A stretch of 64,000 nucleotides of DNA. It comes from Mustelus asterias (lineage: Eukaryota). How positions within the stretch are numbered: the first letter of the stretch is position 1; every line of letters starts with the position of its first letter. A program made the translations under genes and the position numbers. Under the pieces are notes generated by a model, which saw only the letters and a program-made list of their open reading frames with translations, had not been told where the DNA came from and did not search any database. The DNA lies in the NCBI RefSeq assembly GCF_964213995.1, contig NC_135808.1, positions 33,542,001 through 33,606,000 of the forward strand, read 5' to 3'. Of this stretch, positions 61,747-64,000 are shown one piece after another.

Positions 61747-64000
61747 GGTCACGATTTTCCCATTGCAGCCCCGCACTTTTCTGGCAGGTCCGACCAGGAG
61801 ATGAGCGTGTCGGCCATTTCGCGGATTCCCTGATAGTTTTCTCAACCTGCGCACATCTCCCGGCCGGAGAAGAATGGCGCTGCCGGGAACCTGCTGAAAA
61901 CCGGTGGGCTGCTATTTAGCATAAGTGTACATACCTTTACATCCCATTATCGGGATCCACATGGCAATCTCCGCCCACGTCTGCATCTCCCACCTCTTTG
62001 GCGTGATGTAATTTTGGCGCAAATCAGAACAGGTATTTAGGAGTCGCAACCTAGTGTGGCAGCCTTGAACTGGTGTGAAGAGGTAAGTGCTGCCAGCAGA
62101 GCGTGGGGGATGTTACAGGCAGGCCCTGGAGATACCTGGTGGCCTTCCTCCTGGCTGCCTTCAGGTTTTGGCCCATTGATGAGTGACAACTGTGAGGGGT
62201 TGAAGGGGGGCTTCCATTTCCTCACAGCTCCCTGGGTGAGGTTCTGTCAGGGAGTCCTGCTCCCCCCACATCCCAGTCCCGCCCCCCCACCTCCACCCTC
62301 CAAGCAGCGCTGAAGCTGACTATGAGAGGCAGCGTTGAGGGCTCCCGCGCCCCCCGCCCTCCCCCCCGCCCCAAGCAACGCTGAAGCTGACTGTGAGAGG
62401 CAGCCTCGAGGGCTCCCGCTCCCCGCCCCCCCTCCACAGCACTTTGCAGTGGCATTGTCTTTCTGCAGGGTGTGGTCAGGGACTCTACTAAGTGCTGGTG
62501 TTCCGGGGTAGGGGAGGGGTGTACCATGTACTGACTGAGGCCCAACCAGATGAAGCAGCTGCTGCTCCAGGTGCAGAGGTTCAGATATGGACTGCGTGGA
62601 ATCTGCTGTCACTGGGCACACATCTGGTGCTGCTTTGCAGTCTATCCCTGCCATGTGACATGGACCAGCAACACATGCCTGTAACAGATGTTGCAGTTGC
62701 ACTCATAGCAATGGCTTAAGGGTGCGCATTGTCCACATCTGCACACTGACCTGCGTAATCTGTGCCAACATTTGTCATGATGGGAATCTCACATAACCCT
62801 AATCGGGCCATGCATGGCACCATGGATTGTGTGGGGTTGCCAGCTCCCACAAGTGGGGATGCTGGCCCAAATGAGGGATTGGGGTGGTGCTGGGTCTATG
62901 CAGCCAATGATAATAATCCATCTTTCTATGCTCTTTCCAAACCCCACTGTGCCGATGGATCTCGGCTTGCTCGATCTGGAGCTGGCCATGTTGGTGGTAG
63001 CAGGGGTGCAGGAGGAGGAGGAGGCGGTTCAGGAGGTGGTGGGCATGGAGAGAGCACCATTGCCAGCCCAGGCACATTAATAGGGTCAGATGTTTCTGGG
63101 GGAAATGGTGGTGGGATGACAGGAGCTGGGGAAGGGTAATGTGGTGGTTTGAGGGCCGAGGTGAAATTGGAGGGGGAAATAGGGGGAGATGTGCTGTCGC
63201 CAGCTGCGCTTGTCCAAAACCACGGTGCGTCACAGTTGTGAGATGCTCTCGCGCCTGGCACCTCGGGAGAGTGGCAGCCACCCGCTCCCTGTGGACATGA
63301 AGGTGCCGGCAGCCCTCAATCTCTATGCCTTCGGGTCATTCCAGGCTCCCAGTGGTGGGATCTCCCAGCCTCCATGCACAGATGTGTGCGGCAGGTCACA
63401 GATGCCCTGTATGCCCGGGCAGGGCAGTGCATTCATTTCGATCTGGGCTGTGCACAGCAGGAGGCCCCGGGCTCTTGGCTTCACATCCACTGCCGGGATC
63501 CCGAATGTGCAGGGCGCAGTGGATGGCACGCACATCGTCTTGCGGGCCCCCCATGCAGGGCCGCAGCAATTTGTGAACCGGAAGGGGTCCCTGAACGTTC
63601 AGATCGTCTGCGACCATCGGCTCAAGATCATGCAGGTCGACGCACACCACCCAGGGAGTGTCCATGACAGTTTTGTGATCCGGCAGTCGGATATCCCTGG
63701 GCTCTTTGAAGACCAGCCCAGGCTCCCGGGCTGGCGACTGGGTGACAAGGGTTACCTGCTAAGGTCATGGCTGATGACGCCTGTGCGGAGGCCCCAGACC
63801 GAGGTCGAGACCCGCTACAACGAGGCCCATGCAGCCACCCGGTCCGTTGTTGAGCGGTGCATCGGCCTGCTGGAGATGCGGTTCCACTGCTTGGAGCGCT
63901 CTGGGGGGCCCTCCAGTCTGACTCTGTGCGTGCTTCACGCATCGAGATTGTTTGCTGCGCTCTGCACGAGATCGCCCAGCAATGGGGAGACCAGCTGGAG
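61747..64000 (+). mobile_element. PIF/Harbinger DNA transposon with frameshifted transposase (about 62955 to window end)
   Basis: TTA followed by TIR-like GGTCACGATTTTCCC. KVPAALNLYAFGSFQ, VQGAVDGTHI, NRKGSLNVQIVCD, PGSVHDS, LGDKGY and YNEAHAATRSVVERCIGLL are DDE_Tnp_4 motifs. Frameshifts lie upstream of about 63470. Confidence 0.92.

Noticed and set aside
62955-64000. Domesticated HARBI1 gene
   Set aside because: It has frameshifts, a deletion in the NRKG motif and an upstream TIR, so it is a defective transposon copy.

Overview
Eukaryotic, repeat-dense DNA whose repeat content (HE1/V-SINEs, CR1/HER1-type LINEs, a DeuSINE, Penelope elements, Harbinger MITEs) points to a shark or other elasmobranch. 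One apparently intact gene is present: a non-classical MHC class I heavy chain on the + strand. Its exons are leader 739-790, alpha1 2433-2693, alpha2 10405-10680, alpha3 10796-11074 and TM 17155-17274, all joined by phase-1 GT-AG introns, with a candidate cytoplasmic exon at 21182-21366. It lacks both canonical alpha2 cysteines and most N-terminal peptide-anchoring residues, but keeps T143/K146/W147 and the beta2m contacts. Two relics are not apparent from the ORF track: a C-terminal GVIN1/VLIG-type very large GTPase pseudogene (40024-44135, - strand, split by a Rex1 LINE and a MITE) and a SYCP1-like coiled-coil retrocopy (~49290-50040). The rest is mobile DNA: a defective Harbinger transposase, Gypsy and ERV-like fragments, Penelope copies with minimal hammerhead ribozymes, a 33-bp minisatellite expanded inside a DeuSINE, a CR1-group LINE with a tRNA-like head, and four local templated-insertion or inverted-duplication scars. 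All family assignments come from recalled motifs and manual alignment, not database searches; repeat boundaries are approximate.
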